Counted from the stretch's first letter, positions 29,168 to 39,617 are shown. The stretch: 64,000 bases of DNA from a bacterium (GCA_037130265.1 JBAXTI010000001.1:32418-96417), one strand, 5' to 3'. The notes: generated from the sequence alone by a model not told the origin. A program made the numbers and translations.

Positions 29168-30511
29168 CTAGTATCTCGCCGGTGTGTTGGTATTGATCGA
29201 CTGCATAAGAATGTCCACAAGTGCTGGAGCGATGAGCGAATTAAACTGCGTGGCCTTTTCCGCTAGGTCTGTGTTCAAGAAAGAGGGGACATCGGAACCG
29301 CTTTGTCTCAGGAGGCTGTCGTTGATATGTGAGAGAGCGATGCCGCCGAGCTCTCGGGTGTCTGTCTGTGCTCCAGAAGACACGGTGCCAATGATGCCCA
29401 CCAAGGCACCCTTGTTATCCACCACCGCACCGCCGGAAGAACCGCGCTGCGCGACTGCATTTCCGCTGATATTCAAATAGTCGAGCGTAACGCCGTTGTA
29501 GCTCAACATTTCTTTTACTGTAGCAATCGCCGAAATGCCGTACAGGTTTCTTTGGATTTCCTCGCCGCCGAGAAACCCTGCACCATAGCCGGCGACAAGG
29601 ACTGACTCATTGGCGCGGTCACTTTCAACGGTGTTGATGTGGAGGTAGGGGAAGGTTGCGGGAAGTTTTTGTTCTGCGTTAAGGCCGCGGTCGATGATGA
29701 GAAAGGCAAAGTCATCTTCGCCAGTGCCTTTTGCTTCCTGTCGCTTAATATTATCGGAATTGTATTTCACCCAGCGCGGTGAAATGTACAAAAGGGTGGC
29801 TTTGTATTTTGGTACGGCCGGATTACCGGTGCGGATATTGCAGGAGACGTAGTCTTTCACCCCGTAATCTTTTAGTAAAAAGTATTGAGCGATATGTGCG
29901 TTGGTGAGGATCACGCCGCGAGGGTCGATGATCACACCAGAGCCGGTGATCGGGCTGATTGGACCACTGCTTTGCGTGTAGCAGAGAACGTTCACGAGTG
30001 CGTCGCGGGTCAGAGTGTTGATGTCATCAAAGGTGAGAGGTCCGGTCTTTAGCGAGGTAGTGGCAAGTGCAGTAATGGCCGGATCCGTGAGTGCGGTGTT
30101 CTTTGGCAGGGGAGCTGTAGGGATCGAAGGAGGATTTGCAGATTTGGTCGGCACTACAGTTTTTACCGGTATCGCAATTGTAGCTGGTGCTGCGGGCGTC
30201 GCAGGTACGGAAGGTGTGGCAGGTGTAGCGACCACGATTGGCGCGACCTCGATGACCGCTTCCGATGTTGTCGAAGTGGTCATTGTGGATGTTGCTGTTG
30301 TTGTAGCCGCGGTTGTACTCGCAGTTCGTGCCATTTCTTTTACCGCTATCGCCGGTGTCTTTATTGTCGGCGCACTAGATGTACTTGAAGCGTGGGGAAG
30401 TGTATTCGGCAGACCAGTTGTCGCGATCGGTAGTGCAGAGTGCACGAAAGCGGCCACGGCCAAAACAAGAGATACGAGCGCTCGGCCAGCTTGATCGATA
30501 AAGCCTTCCAT
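29168..30511 (-). CDS. Secreted trypsin-like serine protease with Thr/Pro-rich linker
   Basis: GSGVIIDPRGVILTNAH (His), DDFAFL (Asp), QRGSSGG (Ser). Confidence 0.88.
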   Translation of the reverse strand: MEGFIDQAGRALVSLVLAVAAFVHSALPIATTGLPNTLPHASSTSSAPTIKTPAIAVKEMARTASTTAATTTATSTMTTSTTSEAVIEVAPIVVATPATPSVPATPAAPATIAIPVKTVVPTKSANPPSIPTAPLPKNTALTDPAITALATTSLKTGPLTFDDINTLTRDALVNVLCYTQSSGPISPITGSGVIIDPRGVILTNAHIAQYFLLKDYGVKDYVSCNIRTGNPAVPKYKATLLYISPRWVKYNSDNIKRQEAKGTGEDDFAFLIIDRGLNAEQKLPATFPYLHINTVESDRANESVLVAGYGAGFLGGEEIQRNLYGISAIATVKEMLSYNGVTLDYLNISGNAVAQRGSSGGAVVDNKGALVGIIGTVSSGAQTDTRELGGIALSHINDSLLRQSGSDVPSFLNTDLAEKATQFNSLIAPALVDILMQSINTNTPARY

Positions 30512-30636
30512 TCATCCATTATATCCTACCTCCTTTTCATGCGCCTCTTTTTTTGCTAGTATCAGGGTCAGTTCTTCGAAATCAGTCTTAAATAGTATTC
30601 GAACAGGCATATGGTATGTGCTATGCTGTATATCTA

Positions 30637-31314
30637 ATGAGTCACAAAGAGGCACACGACTTAGCTGTTGAGCTCAGAAGAAAGGGCTATTCGTATAGCT
30701 ATATTTCTGAGAAGACCAAAAAGAGTAAAGGCACACTGAATTATTGGCTGTCCGATGTTCCGTATGTGCCAAACCACGAGACAGTCGAGAAGATTGGTAG
30801 GGCTCGTGTGGCTTCCACACTCACAAAAAGCCGAATTAGAAAGGCTTCACTTGAGGATGCGAAAAGCTATGCTGAGACGGCTGTGGGTACGATGTATCGT
30901 CGAGATGTCTTCATGCTTGGTCTCGGGCTATACCTCGGTGAGGGTACAAAGACTCACAACATTGTGAGAATGATCAATTCGAACCCAGACATTATCCGGT
31001 TCTCGATCAAGTGGTTTCGGGAGGTGTTCGGGATCACCCGAGATCATTTTAGAATCCGTCTTCACCTGTACCCTGACTCGGATGTCGATGCGTCAATACA
31101 ATTTTGGTCATCTCAAGTTGGTCTCTCGAAAAAGCACTTCTATCCGGTACATGTCGATCGGCGAAAAGACAAAAAGGCGTCAAAGAGAGGAAAGACTCCG
31201 TATGGGACCGCCCACCTCAGTGTGATTTCTCATGGGAAAAGAACCTTGGGTGTGACGCTTTTCAGAAGGATAAATGCGATGATCGAAACTGTTTTGATGA
31301 AAGAGAAAAAGTAG
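30637..31314 (+). CDS. HTH + LAGLIDADG-like domain protein (CPR family)
   Basis: LRRKGYSYSYISEK...KGTLNYWL HTH; GLGLYLGEGTK helix; NSNPDII..F; FWS; GTAHL. Confidence 0.75.
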   Translation: MSHKEAHDLAVELRRKGYSYSYISEKTKKSKGTLNYWLSDVPYVPNHETVEKIGRARVASTLTKSRIRKASLEDAKSYAETAVGTMYRRDVFMLGLGLYLGEGTKTHNIVRMINSNPDIIRFSIKWFREVFGITRDHFRIRLHLYPDSDVDASIQFWSSQVGLSKKHFYPVHVDRRKDKKASKRGKTPYGTAHLSVISHGKRTLGVTLFRRINAMIETVLMKEKK

Positions 31315-31319
31315 TAAAT

Positions 31320-31390
31320 GCGGGCATGGTATAGTGGTAGAACAACACACTTCCAATGTGTAGACGAGAGTTCGATTCTCTCTGCCCGCA
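31320..31390 (+). tRNA. tRNA-Gly (anticodon TCC)
   Basis: Acceptor GCGGGCA/TGCCCGC, ACACA-CTTCCAA-TGTGT, GAGAG-TTCGATT-CTCTC. Confidence 0.96.
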
Positions 31391-31412
31391 CAAACAACAA
31401 AGTATTCATACA

Positions 31413-31444
31413 AAGCAAAAACCGCCCTTGGGCGGTTTTTGCTT
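31413..31444. terminator. Bidirectional intrinsic terminator
   Basis: AAGCAAAAACCGCCC-TT-GGGCGGTTTTTGCTT. Confidence 0.85.
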
Positions 31445-31534
31445 CTCGAGAAGAGATGTCGGTGCTTGTGGAGGGCTCCGACGAATTTGGCTGAGGCGGA
31501 ATTATCAGCTGGGCTGATAAGAGCTTGTTGCTCT

Positions 31535-31807
31535 TTATTTTACCGCATCCTTCAGCGCCTTTGCTGCTCGGAACTTTGGAACGTTCATCGCTGGAACCTT
31601 GATAGTCTCACCGGTTCGAGGATTTCTTGCGTCTCGCGCTGCTCGCGCCTTCACTGAGAATATACCGATTCCTGCGATAGATACTTCGTTGCCACCCTTC
31701 ATGGTGTTGACGATAGATTCCACCACTACGTCCATAGCTTGCTCAGCCTGAACCTTGGTGCCTCCGATCTTCGCGTGGATTGCGTCGACGATAGATGCTT
31801 TATTCAT
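31535..31807 (-). CDS. hup: DNA-binding protein HU
   Basis: MNKASIVDAI...GIGIFSV..RAARDARNPRTGETI..PKFRAAKALKD. Confidence 0.96.
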   Translation of the reverse strand: MNKASIVDAIHAKIGGTKVQAEQAMDVVVESIVNTMKGGNEVSIAGIGIFSVKARAARDARNPRTGETIKVPAMNVPKFRAAKALKDAVK

Positions 31808-32041
31808 ATGAATGAAAATTACGAAATAAAATACATTCTCCGAACTTTTGCTGTCGCTGCTTTTTTATTCTCGACTTATTTTCCAACTCACTTTCACAAG
31901 GAATTGGTTTAACCCAGGATAATTATATAGTAGGCCATTTTTTACGCAACTAGCATCTGTTTACAACTAAAAAGCGCCGTGATGTCAAATTCAGCGCTTT
32001 TTACCCACTTTTTCTGTCGGTTTTGCCGATCGTTTTTGTGC

Positions 32042-33571
32042 CTACCGCGCCACTTCGATCACTCGGGTCTCACGAATAACGGTAATTTTAATCTCGCCAG
32101 GGTACCGAAGCTCCTTTTCGATACGCAAAGCGATCTCGCGTGCAATTCGCTTGGCCTCGAGGTCATTGATATCGGCTGGAGTCACAAAAACCCTTATTTC
32201 TCGGCCTGCTTGGAGAGCGTAGGCTTTCTCGACACCCTTAAATGACGTCGCAATGGCCTCCAAATCACCCAAGCGTTTCAAATAGTTCTCAATGCTGTCG
32301 CGTCGAGCACCTGGTCGGCCACCGGAAATAGCGTCTGCTGTCTGCACAATACGCGATTCCACGGTTTCGTACGGATATTCCTCATGATGCGCCTCCATCG
32401 CCTTCACGATCTGATCACTTACCCCGAATTTCTGCAAAATACGTCGGCCAATCTCCACATGGGTGCCTTCCACCTCGTGGTCGAGGGCCTTGCCAATGTC
32501 GTGGAGGAGCGCTCCGGCCTTCGCTACAGCCACATTGGCGCCGATCTCCTCTGCGATCATGCCTGCAATGTGCGCCATTTCCACTGAGTGAGCCAACACA
32601 TTCTGGCCGTAGCTGGTGCGGAAGTGCAAACGGCCCAATATCTGCAACACGCGAGGGTCGATATTGATCACACCCACCTCCTGAGCAGCCTCGACGCCCT
32701 TATCCTTGATAATCTTGTTCAATTCGCTCTGCACCTGTTCGACCTCCTTTTCGATCTTGGCTGGCTGAATACGGCCGTCTGCCACGAGGCGCTCGAGGGC
32801 GATCTTGGCCACTTGGCGGCGTACTGGGTCGAAAGAGGATACTACAATGATGCCTGGTGCATCATCCACGATGAGCTCTACACCAGTGATGCGCTCAAAA
32901 GCCTTGATATTTCGACCTTCTTTACCAATAATCTTGCCCTTCACCTCGTCCGACGGAATAGTGACGCTGGTGGACATCATGTCGGCAGGTACTGCTCCTG
33001 CGAGACGCTGAATACAAGCACCGAGGATCTCCTTTGCCTTATCCTCAAGCTTTTCCTCACCAAACTGCTCGAGTTTGCGCATGCGGCTCATGATATCGTC
33101 CTCATTGGCCTTCTCTACGCTTGAAATGATCTGGTTTCGCGCATCCTCGCTGGTCAATTTCGCAATTTTTTCCAATTCCGAGAGCTTTTGTTTCTCCATG
33201 ACCTCAACCTTGTCCTTCATAATGCGAACTTCGTTGATTTTCTGCTTGATACTCTCGACTTCCTTGTCGAGATCGCTCTGGCGGCGGTCGAGCAAGTCCT
33301 CCTTCTTATTGAGGCGCTCTTCCGTCTTCTTGAGAGACTCCTCCTTGTCCTTCGAAGACGCGCGAATATCACGGAGAATGTCAGCGGCCTTAGTCTCGGC
33401 GTCACTGAGCACTTTCTGCGACTTCTCCTCGGCTTCGAGGTGGAGTTGCTTAAGCTGGAGCTCAACAGAGCCCTTTTTCCCAAGCGAAATGAGCACTCGG
33501 AGATAATATCCAAGTGCAATACTGATCAAGCTGGCCATACTAGCGGCCAGGGCAGCGAGTTTTAATGACAT
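32042..33571 (-). CDS. rny: Ribonuclease Y
   Basis: N-terminal TM, coiled coil, KH (KGKIIGKEGRNI), HD (LLHDIGK), ADAISGGRPGAR. Confidence 0.97.
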   Translation of the reverse strand: MSLKLAALAASMASLISIALGYYLRVLISLGKKGSVELQLKQLHLEAEEKSQKVLSDAETKAADILRDIRASSKDKEESLKKTEERLNKKEDLLDRRQSDLDKEVESIKQKINEVRIMKDKVEVMEKQKLSELEKIAKLTSEDARNQIISSVEKANEDDIMSRMRKLEQFGEEKLEDKAKEILGACIQRLAGAVPADMMSTSVTIPSDEVKGKIIGKEGRNIKAFERITGVELIVDDAPGIIVVSSFDPVRRQVAKIALERLVADGRIQPAKIEKEVEQVQSELNKIIKDKGVEAAQEVGVINIDPRVLQILGRLHFRTSYGQNVLAHSVEMAHIAGMIAEEIGANVAVAKAGALLHDIGKALDHEVEGTHVEIGRRILQKFGVSDQIVKAMEAHHEEYPYETVESRIVQTADAISGGRPGARRDSIENYLKRLGDLEAIATSFKGVEKAYALQAGREIRVFVTPADINDLEAKRIAREIALRIEKELRYPGEIKITVIRETRVIEVAR

Positions 33572-33770
33572 ATTTTAGCGGCTTTTCCGAACAGAGTCTG
33601 CGATGGAAAGGGAATGACTTTATTGAATGGGGCCGTATTGGAAATTCAGAAGTGCGAAGTGTTTCAGGGGTTCAGGAAGTCGGTCGTGTCTATCGTGTCG
33701 GCTGTCCGAAGGAAGCGATTAACAATTAAAAGGGAACGAGGTCATAGTATAACGGATCGAGAGGTTTGTA

Positions 33771-33808
33771 AAGAAAAACAGCGACCGTTGCTGGCCGCTG
33801 TTTTTCTT
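33771..33808. terminator. Terminator after clpP
   Basis: AAGAAAAACAGCGACC...GGCCGCTGTTTTTCTT. Confidence 0.75.
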
Positions 33809-33812
33809 GTCA

Positions 33813-34394
33813 CTACTCCTTCGCTGGCAACACTTTGTCGACGATTCCGTACTTTTTTGCTTCCTCAGCAGACATGAAGAAGTCTCGGTCAACGTCTTTT
33901 TCGATCTGAGCGAGCGATTGTCCGGTATTCTTGGCGAGCATTTTGTTGAGATTTTCGCGAGTCTTCAAAATGTGCTTTGCAGAAATCTCAATATCAGAGG
34001 CCATGCCCTCGGTGCCGCCCGATGGCTGATGGATCATCACTTCGGCGTTTGGCAGAATCATACGCTTGCCTTTTTTGCCGCAAGAGAGGATCATCGCGCC
34101 CATGGACGCAGCGATACCGACGCCCACGGTCGAAATGTCCGGCTTGATATGTCGCATGGTGTCGATAATGGCGAGACCAGCGGTGACAGAGCCGCCCGGA
34201 GAGTTTACATAGAGGAAAATATCCTTCTTCGCATCCTCAGATTCGAGGAAGAGGAGCTGGGCGATGATGATGTTGGCCATGTGGTCGTCTACTGGGCCGC
34301 CGAGGAAGATAATGCGATCACGAAGCAGGCGTGAGTAGATATCATACGCTCGCTCGCCAAACTGCGACTTTTCGATAACGGTTGGGATTAACAT
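33813..34394 (-). CDS. clpP: ATP-dependent Clp protease proteolytic subunit
   Basis: [37 protein letters not shown]. Confidence 0.98.
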   Translation of the reverse strand: MLIPTVIEKSQFGERAYDIYSRLLRDRIIFLGGPVDDHMANIIIAQLLFLESEDAKKDIFLYVNSPGGSVTAGLAIIDTMRHIKPDISTVGVGIAASMGAMILSCGKKGKRMILPNAEVMIHQPSGGTEGMASDIEISAKHILKTRENLNKMLAKNTGQSLAQIEKDVDRDFFMSAEEAKKYGIVDKVLPAKE

Positions 34395-34502
34395 GCGCTT
34401 ACTATAATGAAATTGTGGCAATTTCGCAACTTTTGGTCACCGTTCGCCACCTTTCTTTTTCGTGCCATTTGCCATACACTAAACACGAAACATACAACAT
34501 CT

Positions 34503-35255
34503 ATGAAACTCCAGCGTTTTTTCGTTCATAAGTCACTAAACGAGCCAATCGGCGACCGTCGCGAGCTACACATCCACGACGAAGCTCTTGTTCACCAGCT
34601 CAAGCGTGTTTTTCGTTTGCATGCAGGTGATTCAGTGATTTTGCTCGACAATACCGGCTTCCAATACACGGCGGAGATTGTTTCTCTCGAGAAGACTGAG
34701 GGGGTGTTCCATGTGCTTGAGAGACACGAGGCTCCCTCCGCACGGGCTGGTTCAGGTTTGTCGCAGGTGATTCTGTTCCAATCACTCCCAAAGAAGGACA
34801 AATTCGAATATGTACTCGAAAAGGGGACCGAAATCGGCCTAAGTGGTTTTGTGCCAGTACTTTCGGACCGTTCGGAGAAGCTGGCGATCAATGAAGAGCG
34901 CTGTCAAAGGATCCTTGTTGAAGCTTCCGAGCAATCCGAGCGTGCTAGGGTGCCAACGCTCGCGCCAATTTGCCCAATTGATGAATTGTTTGCGAAGTAC
35001 GGCGCCGATACTGAATTCGTCGCTTTTCACCTCACTGGCAAACAGTGGTCAGTGGAGTTGCGTGGCGAGATTTTTGGCCAGGCGACAAAAGCAGGGAGGG
35101 GCCTCGGCATTCTCGTTGGCCCAGAAGGTGGCTGGACCGATCGCGAGCTCACTCTCTTTAAAGGCCGCGGTGTACAGATCGTGACTGTCGGCTCGCAGGT
35201 GCTCCGAACTGAAACGGCGGCCATTGTTGCGGCGGCGTTGGTGGTGATGGGGTAG
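34503..35255 (+). CDS. rsmE: 16S rRNA m3U1498 methyltransferase RsmE
   Basis: HQLKRVFRL, EKGTEIG, EASEQSER, VGPEGGW, LRTETAA. Confidence 0.95.
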   Translation: MKLQRFFVHKSLNEPIGDRRELHIHDEALVHQLKRVFRLHAGDSVILLDNTGFQYTAEIVSLEKTEGVFHVLERHEAPSARAGSGLSQVILFQSLPKKDKFEYVLEKGTEIGLSGFVPVLSDRSEKLAINEERCQRILVEASEQSERARVPTLAPICPIDELFAKYGADTEFVAFHLTGKQWSVELRGEIFGQATKAGRGLGILVGPEGGWTDRELTLFKGRGVQIVTVGSQVLRTETAAIVAAALVVMG

Positions 35256-35302
35256 ATATTTTGAGTTTGCTCCGTGATTGTCTTTGGTGCTAGTATGGAC
35301 AA

Positions 35303-35764
35303 ATGAAGAAGAAATTTTTTATAATGACGGTATTAGCTCTAACCTCGATTTTCATTGTTGTAGGTATTCTTCAAAAAATTACGAAAGAGGAGGAATCACT
35401 GGACCTTGGCTGTGCCAAGTTGGGGATGTTAGCAAGGAGTGATTTTGAATCAAAACACACAAGAGAAGAAGGATTTCTCAATAATGTTTCTTATCACTAC
35501 AATGCTCGTCTGAAGAAATGTCTTTTTGGTAGGGAAATTCACTCAGGTGGCGGTAAGGGCGAGTCGTTTAATGTATGGAAGGGTATAACAGATCTATCTT
35601 CGAATAAAGAGATCCTGTACTCCCTGAGGTTTTATTCGTCCGACACCCCACCAAAAATGATAGGAGAGTTTTCGGCCATTAATTATTTAGATAGCCAGAG
35701 CGGCGTTGTTATTAAGGGTGAGGCAGAATTCGAATCTCTCTATAATCGAGCTTTGGAAGAATAA
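35303..35764 (+). CDS. Membrane-anchored hypothetical protein (AT-rich)
   Basis: 153 aa, N-terminal TM, two Cys incl. YHYNARLKKC. Confidence 0.65.
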   Translation: MKKKFFIMTVLALTSIFIVVGILQKITKEEESLDLGCAKLGMLARSDFESKHTREEGFLNNVSYHYNARLKKCLFGREIHSGGGKGESFNVWKGITDLSSNKEILYSLRFYSSDTPPKMIGEFSAINYLDSQSGVVIKGEAEFESLYNRALEE

Positions 35765-35825
35765 CAAGACATGTTGAAATCATCTACGCTCGAGACTAAA
35801 AAGACTAGCTATTTTATTTGAGTCG

Positions 35826-36893
35826 CTACTTCTGCTCCTCCAAGAAACGAAAGGCTTTTTCGTTGCCAAGTACCATTTCTACATATGCTCGAGCACGTTC
35901 AGCGTCGGCATCCTTGTGTTCTGCGAGAATTTTCTCAACTTCCGCCGTCACTTCTGCGTCACTTGGCAGGAGCTTTTCCTCACTGACAATACGATTGAGG
36001 GCAATCTGCAGGCTGACGCGCTTTTCGGCATCTTTTCGCCACTCTTTGCTGAGCTCTTCGCGGGTCTTTTTGATATGCTTCAAGTAATCTTCAATCTTGA
36101 GGCCCATGCGAGAGATGTTGTGCTCGAATTCGCCCCACATCTTTGCGAGTTCGCTTGAGACGAGTACTTCTGGAAGGTCAGCCGTCATTTCCGCGACGAT
36201 ATTTTCACCGATTTGGAGTCGCTTCTTCTCTTTTGCACGATACTCCTTCTCCTTGAGCATGTTTTCCTTCAGCTTTGTCTTGAACTCAGCAAGATTCTTG
36301 AAATCGCCAAGAGTCTGTATGAGTGCGTCATCAAGCGGGGCGAGAGGGGCGTCCGCCGTTGCCCCCTCCTTCTTCCCGTACGTCTTGTGAATTTCGTCGA
36401 TGGCACCGTCGAATTCCTTGTCGGTGATCTCGATCTTCTCCTCCTTTTTCATCTCGGTCTTTGCGATCTTCTTGTAGTCGGGCATCTTCACCTCGGGAAA
36501 GACGGCAACAGTGATCTTAAACTCAAGCGGTGCATCCTTCGCAATCTTGGTGAGCTCAATCTGCGGACGGCTGATCGCTTCGATCTTGTGGTCCACCACA
36601 ATGTGCATGTATTCGTGCGACAGCACACCCTCTGCAGCGTGCTCAAGCACGGCCATCTCACCCATTTTATTCAAAATAACATCCGCTGGTACATGACCCT
36701 TTCGGAATCCTGGCACAGAAGCCTGCTCAGAAAACGCCTTCAAAGATTCCTTGAATGCACGCTTCATCTCCGCAGCGCTAATCTCGCCAGTGATCTCTAC
36801 TTGAGAACCAACGACCTTCTTGGTCTTGATATTTGAATAGTGTCGCGGATGCTCCCCGTGGCTGTGGCCATGGGTGTGGGTGGTGTTGCTCAT
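35826..36893 (-). CDS. tig: Trigger factor lacking the FKBP domain
   Basis: PGFRKGHVP ribosome-binding motif, C-terminal domain; only 355 aa. Confidence 0.92.
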   Translation of the reverse strand: MSNTTHTHGHSHGEHPRHYSNIKTKKVVGSQVEITGEISAAEMKRAFKESLKAFSEQASVPGFRKGHVPADVILNKMGEMAVLEHAAEGVLSHEYMHIVVDHKIEAISRPQIELTKIAKDAPLEFKITVAVFPEVKMPDYKKIAKTEMKKEEKIEITDKEFDGAIDEIHKTYGKKEGATADAPLAPLDDALIQTLGDFKNLAEFKTKLKENMLKEKEYRAKEKKRLQIGENIVAEMTADLPEVLVSSELAKMWGEFEHNISRMGLKIEDYLKHIKKTREELSKEWRKDAEKRVSLQIALNRIVSEEKLLPSDAEVTAEVEKILAEHKDADAERARAYVEMVLGNEKAFRFLEEQK

Positions 36894-36950
36894 TGAAAAA
36901 AGTAAATATAGTAAATTCCGACTGCTGTTTCGCGACTGTTCTGTCGTCGC

Positions 36951-37595
36951 TTATCTGCTCTCCTTGCGAACCTTCATTGCGAAGTCGCGAACCTTGGTCT
37001 TCGCTGTCGCTACTGACTGGCTGGCAGTACGGACGCTCTCATCCGCAGCCTTTAGGGTGATTCGGATGTCTTCGTTGGTAGACTGTTCGTCCTCAGCGAT
37101 TGTCACCATGGCCGATGCAGCGAGTTTGATATCGTACCCAGCTACTGCCAATTTGTCCTGAGCGAGGTCAGTAAACACCTTTACCTTCGAAGTGTCAAAG
37201 CCTCGTGCGGTAAAGTCGTCTACCTGCTTGCTGAGCTGGCCCACCACATTACTTAGATCGTCGTGTTTATCGTTGAGTCGATTGAGGACGTTCTGGCCGT
37301 GGCGGATGTTTTTGAGAGGATCCTCATCTGACTCTGGTGTTGTAGCTGCAGGTGTCGGAGCCACAAATACACTTTGAGCAGGGGTTGGGGCCGGAGAAAG
37401 GCTATTTTTGAACTGAGTGAACCATGAAGAAAATCCTTCAAACATGGCCAATTGTGGTCGAAAAGCCTGATTTTGAGCCGTCGTAGCAGATGCCGAGGCT
37501 GTCTGCGCAAAAACAGGGCTTGCGGAAAGGAGAAGGGTGAGCGCAATTCCGGCGGTAACTACTTTTGCGGCAGTTATTGTTGGTTTTGTGTTCAT
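36951..37595 (-). CDS. Secreted coiled-coil hypothetical protein
   Basis: Signal peptide (SPVFA|Q), helical C-terminus. Confidence 0.7.
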   Translation of the reverse strand: MNTKPTITAAKVVTAGIALTLLLSASPVFAQTASASATTAQNQAFRPQLAMFEGFSSWFTQFKNSLSPAPTPAQSVFVAPTPAATTPESDEDPLKNIRHGQNVLNRLNDKHDDLSNVVGQLSKQVDDFTARGFDTSKVKVFTDLAQDKLAVAGYDIKLAASAMVTIAEDEQSTNEDIRITLKAADESVRTASQSVATAKTKVRDFAMKVRKESR

Positions 37596-37764
37596 GTGGG
37601 TAGGCAGATACTATAGCATATTTGTGCAATAAAATCGAGCTTTTGGAGGGGTTTTGCGACTAAAATGTAAGAAAAAAGCCCTAAACAGGGCCGTTTTCGT
37701 CAAAAGTACAATTTTGGACAAAAGGGGGATAAGTGAGATAGACGACACTATGTCGTCCTGCGCA

Positions 37765-38310
37765 CTATTTCGTACCTTTCGGGGCGCCAAACTTGGCGTT
37801 GTAGATCTCAATGCCTCGAGCAAATGCCTTCTCGGCATCGCTTCGGCCCTTGAAACCGAGAACTTTCACCTCTTTCTTCTGAATCTGCTTGTAGGTTGAG
37901 TAGAAATGCTCGATTTCTTTGAGGGTGTGAGGGTTAACATCCTGCAAATCCTTCACATTGGCCCATCGAGGGTCATCTACTGGCACTGCGATAAGCTTCG
38001 CGTCTGAATCGCCGCTGTCAATCATCTCCATCACGGCTACCGGTCGCACACGGACCAGAAGCCCAGGGAACAATGGGTAGGTGGTGAGGACGATCACGTC
38101 GAGCGCGTCGCCATCTTCCCAGAGGGTGCGAGGGACGAAGCCGTAGTCGAAGGGGAAGTCTTGTGCAGTATGAGACACTCGGTCGAGGGCGATAAGGCCG
38201 GTCGATTTGTCGATTTCGTACTTATTCTTTGAACCACGGTTTATCTCGACGATTGTATTGATCGACTCGATGCTGCCTGGTTCGATGTCATGCCACAAAT
38301 TCATGCTCAT
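37765..38310 (-). CDS. ppa: Inorganic pyrophosphatase (family I)
   Basis: KNKYE, PFDYGFVPRT, DGDALDV, DSGDSDAKL. Confidence 0.96.
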   Translation of the reverse strand: MSMNLWHDIEPGSIESINTIVEINRGSKNKYEIDKSTGLIALDRVSHTAQDFPFDYGFVPRTLWEDGDALDVIVLTTYPLFPGLLVRVRPVAVMEMIDSGDSDAKLIAVPVDDPRWANVKDLQDVNPHTLKEIEHFYSTYKQIQKKEVKVLGFKGRSDAEKAFARGIEIYNAKFGAPKGTK

Positions 38311-38375
38311 GGGTTTGTGATTATTATTTTGAATAATTGCGCGCGGGCCAATCGCCCTTGCACTGCTCGCTTCGA

Positions 38376-39551
38376 TTACTTCTCCTCCGCTACCGCTTCG
38401 CTCTCTGCTCCCTCCGCTACCTTCGCTGGTCCATCAGACTGAATGTCGATCTTCCAACCAGTGAGCTTTGCGGCGAGTCGAACATTCTGTCCGCCTTTGC
38501 CGATCGCCAAAGACTGCTGATCCTCCGCCACCTTCACGGTCGCCTTGGTATCTCGTTCATCAAGAGAGACACTCACCACCTTCGCAGGAGAGAGGGCGTC
38601 CTCGATGAACTTCTTTGGTTCAGCTGACCACTCAATAATATCAATTTTCTCACCGCCGAGCTCGCTAGATACAGTGTTCACACGCACACCTCGCTGGCCA
38701 ACCATAGAGCCGATAGGGTCGATGTGGCTGTCGTGAGAGGTGACCGCAACCTTTGAACGAGATCCGGCTTCACGGGCAATCGCCTTGATTTCTACAGTGC
38801 CAGAAGCGATTTCAGGTGCTTCCACCGCAAACAACTTCTCGAGAAACTTTGGATGCGCTCGAGACATTCGCAAAAAGACACCCTTTGCGCCGTCTTCTAC
38901 CGAGGCGAGGTAGCCTCGCACACGCTCTCCCTGCTTGTATCGCTCTCCCGGAATCTGCTCTTCGTATGGCAAGATTGCCACCGTTCGTCCCAAATCAACA
39001 AAGATATTTCCGCGTTCAATACGCTGTACGGTGCCGGAGATCACTTCTCCCTGGCGCTTGCCGTATTCTCGGAGTACAGACTCCTTTTCTGCTTCGCGGA
39101 TCTTCTGGATGATCACTTGCTTTGCTGTTTGTGCAGCAATGCGTCCGTAATCGTCCTTTGCATCGAGAGGGAAGACCACTTCGTCATCGAGGGCGACGCC
39201 TTTACGCATCTTCTGTGCGTCTTCGATCATGATGTGATGCTCCGGGTTGAATCGGGCACGCTCATCCACCACGCCGTCGGTGGTCTCGTCGATGTCTGCG
39301 GCATTTTCGGTCGTCGCAGGATCTTCAATGATGACACGAGAGTCGTCCACTACCACCTTCACCTGAGAGAACTCAGTTTTGCCGGTGTTGAGGTCGAATT
39401 TCGCTCGGACGATTTGACCTTTCTTGCCGTACTCTTTTTTGTACGCAGTCGCGAGAGCCATTTCAATGGCCTCGATGATCTTTTCCTTTGGAATACCGCG
39501 CTCCTCTTCGAGCTGCGCGAGGACCGAGTTGATTACTTTTAAGTCGAACAT
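38376..39551 (-). CDS. nusA: Transcription termination/antitermination factor NusA
   Basis: GRIAAQTAKQVI, S1, AREAGSRSKVAV, LAIGKGGQNVRLA; start MFDLK at 39551. Confidence 0.97.
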   Translation of the reverse strand: MFDLKVINSVLAQLEEERGIPKEKIIEAIEMALATAYKKEYGKKGQIVRAKFDLNTGKTEFSQVKVVVDDSRVIIEDPATTENAADIDETTDGVVDERARFNPEHHIMIEDAQKMRKGVALDDEVVFPLDAKDDYGRIAAQTAKQVIIQKIREAEKESVLREYGKRQGEVISGTVQRIERGNIFVDLGRTVAILPYEEQIPGERYKQGERVRGYLASVEDGAKGVFLRMSRAHPKFLEKLFAVEAPEIASGTVEIKAIAREAGSRSKVAVTSHDSHIDPIGSMVGQRGVRVNTVSSELGGEKIDIIEWSAEPKKFIEDALSPAKVVSVSLDERDTKATVKVAEDQQSLAIGKGGQNVRLAAKLTGWKIDIQSDGPAKVAEGAESEAVAEEK

Positions 39552-39617
39552 ATCTTTGTTGTTGGGCGAATAATGTTGCGGACGAGCCGATGTCTTGCCG
39601 GCGTTGTCCACGCTTTT

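Noticed and set aside
26943-31390. Non-proteinogenic tRNA-Gly dedicated to FemABX
   Set aside because: Both tRNA-Gly genes have normal GG D-loops, TTC T-loops and G-C pairs at 49-65 and 51-63.
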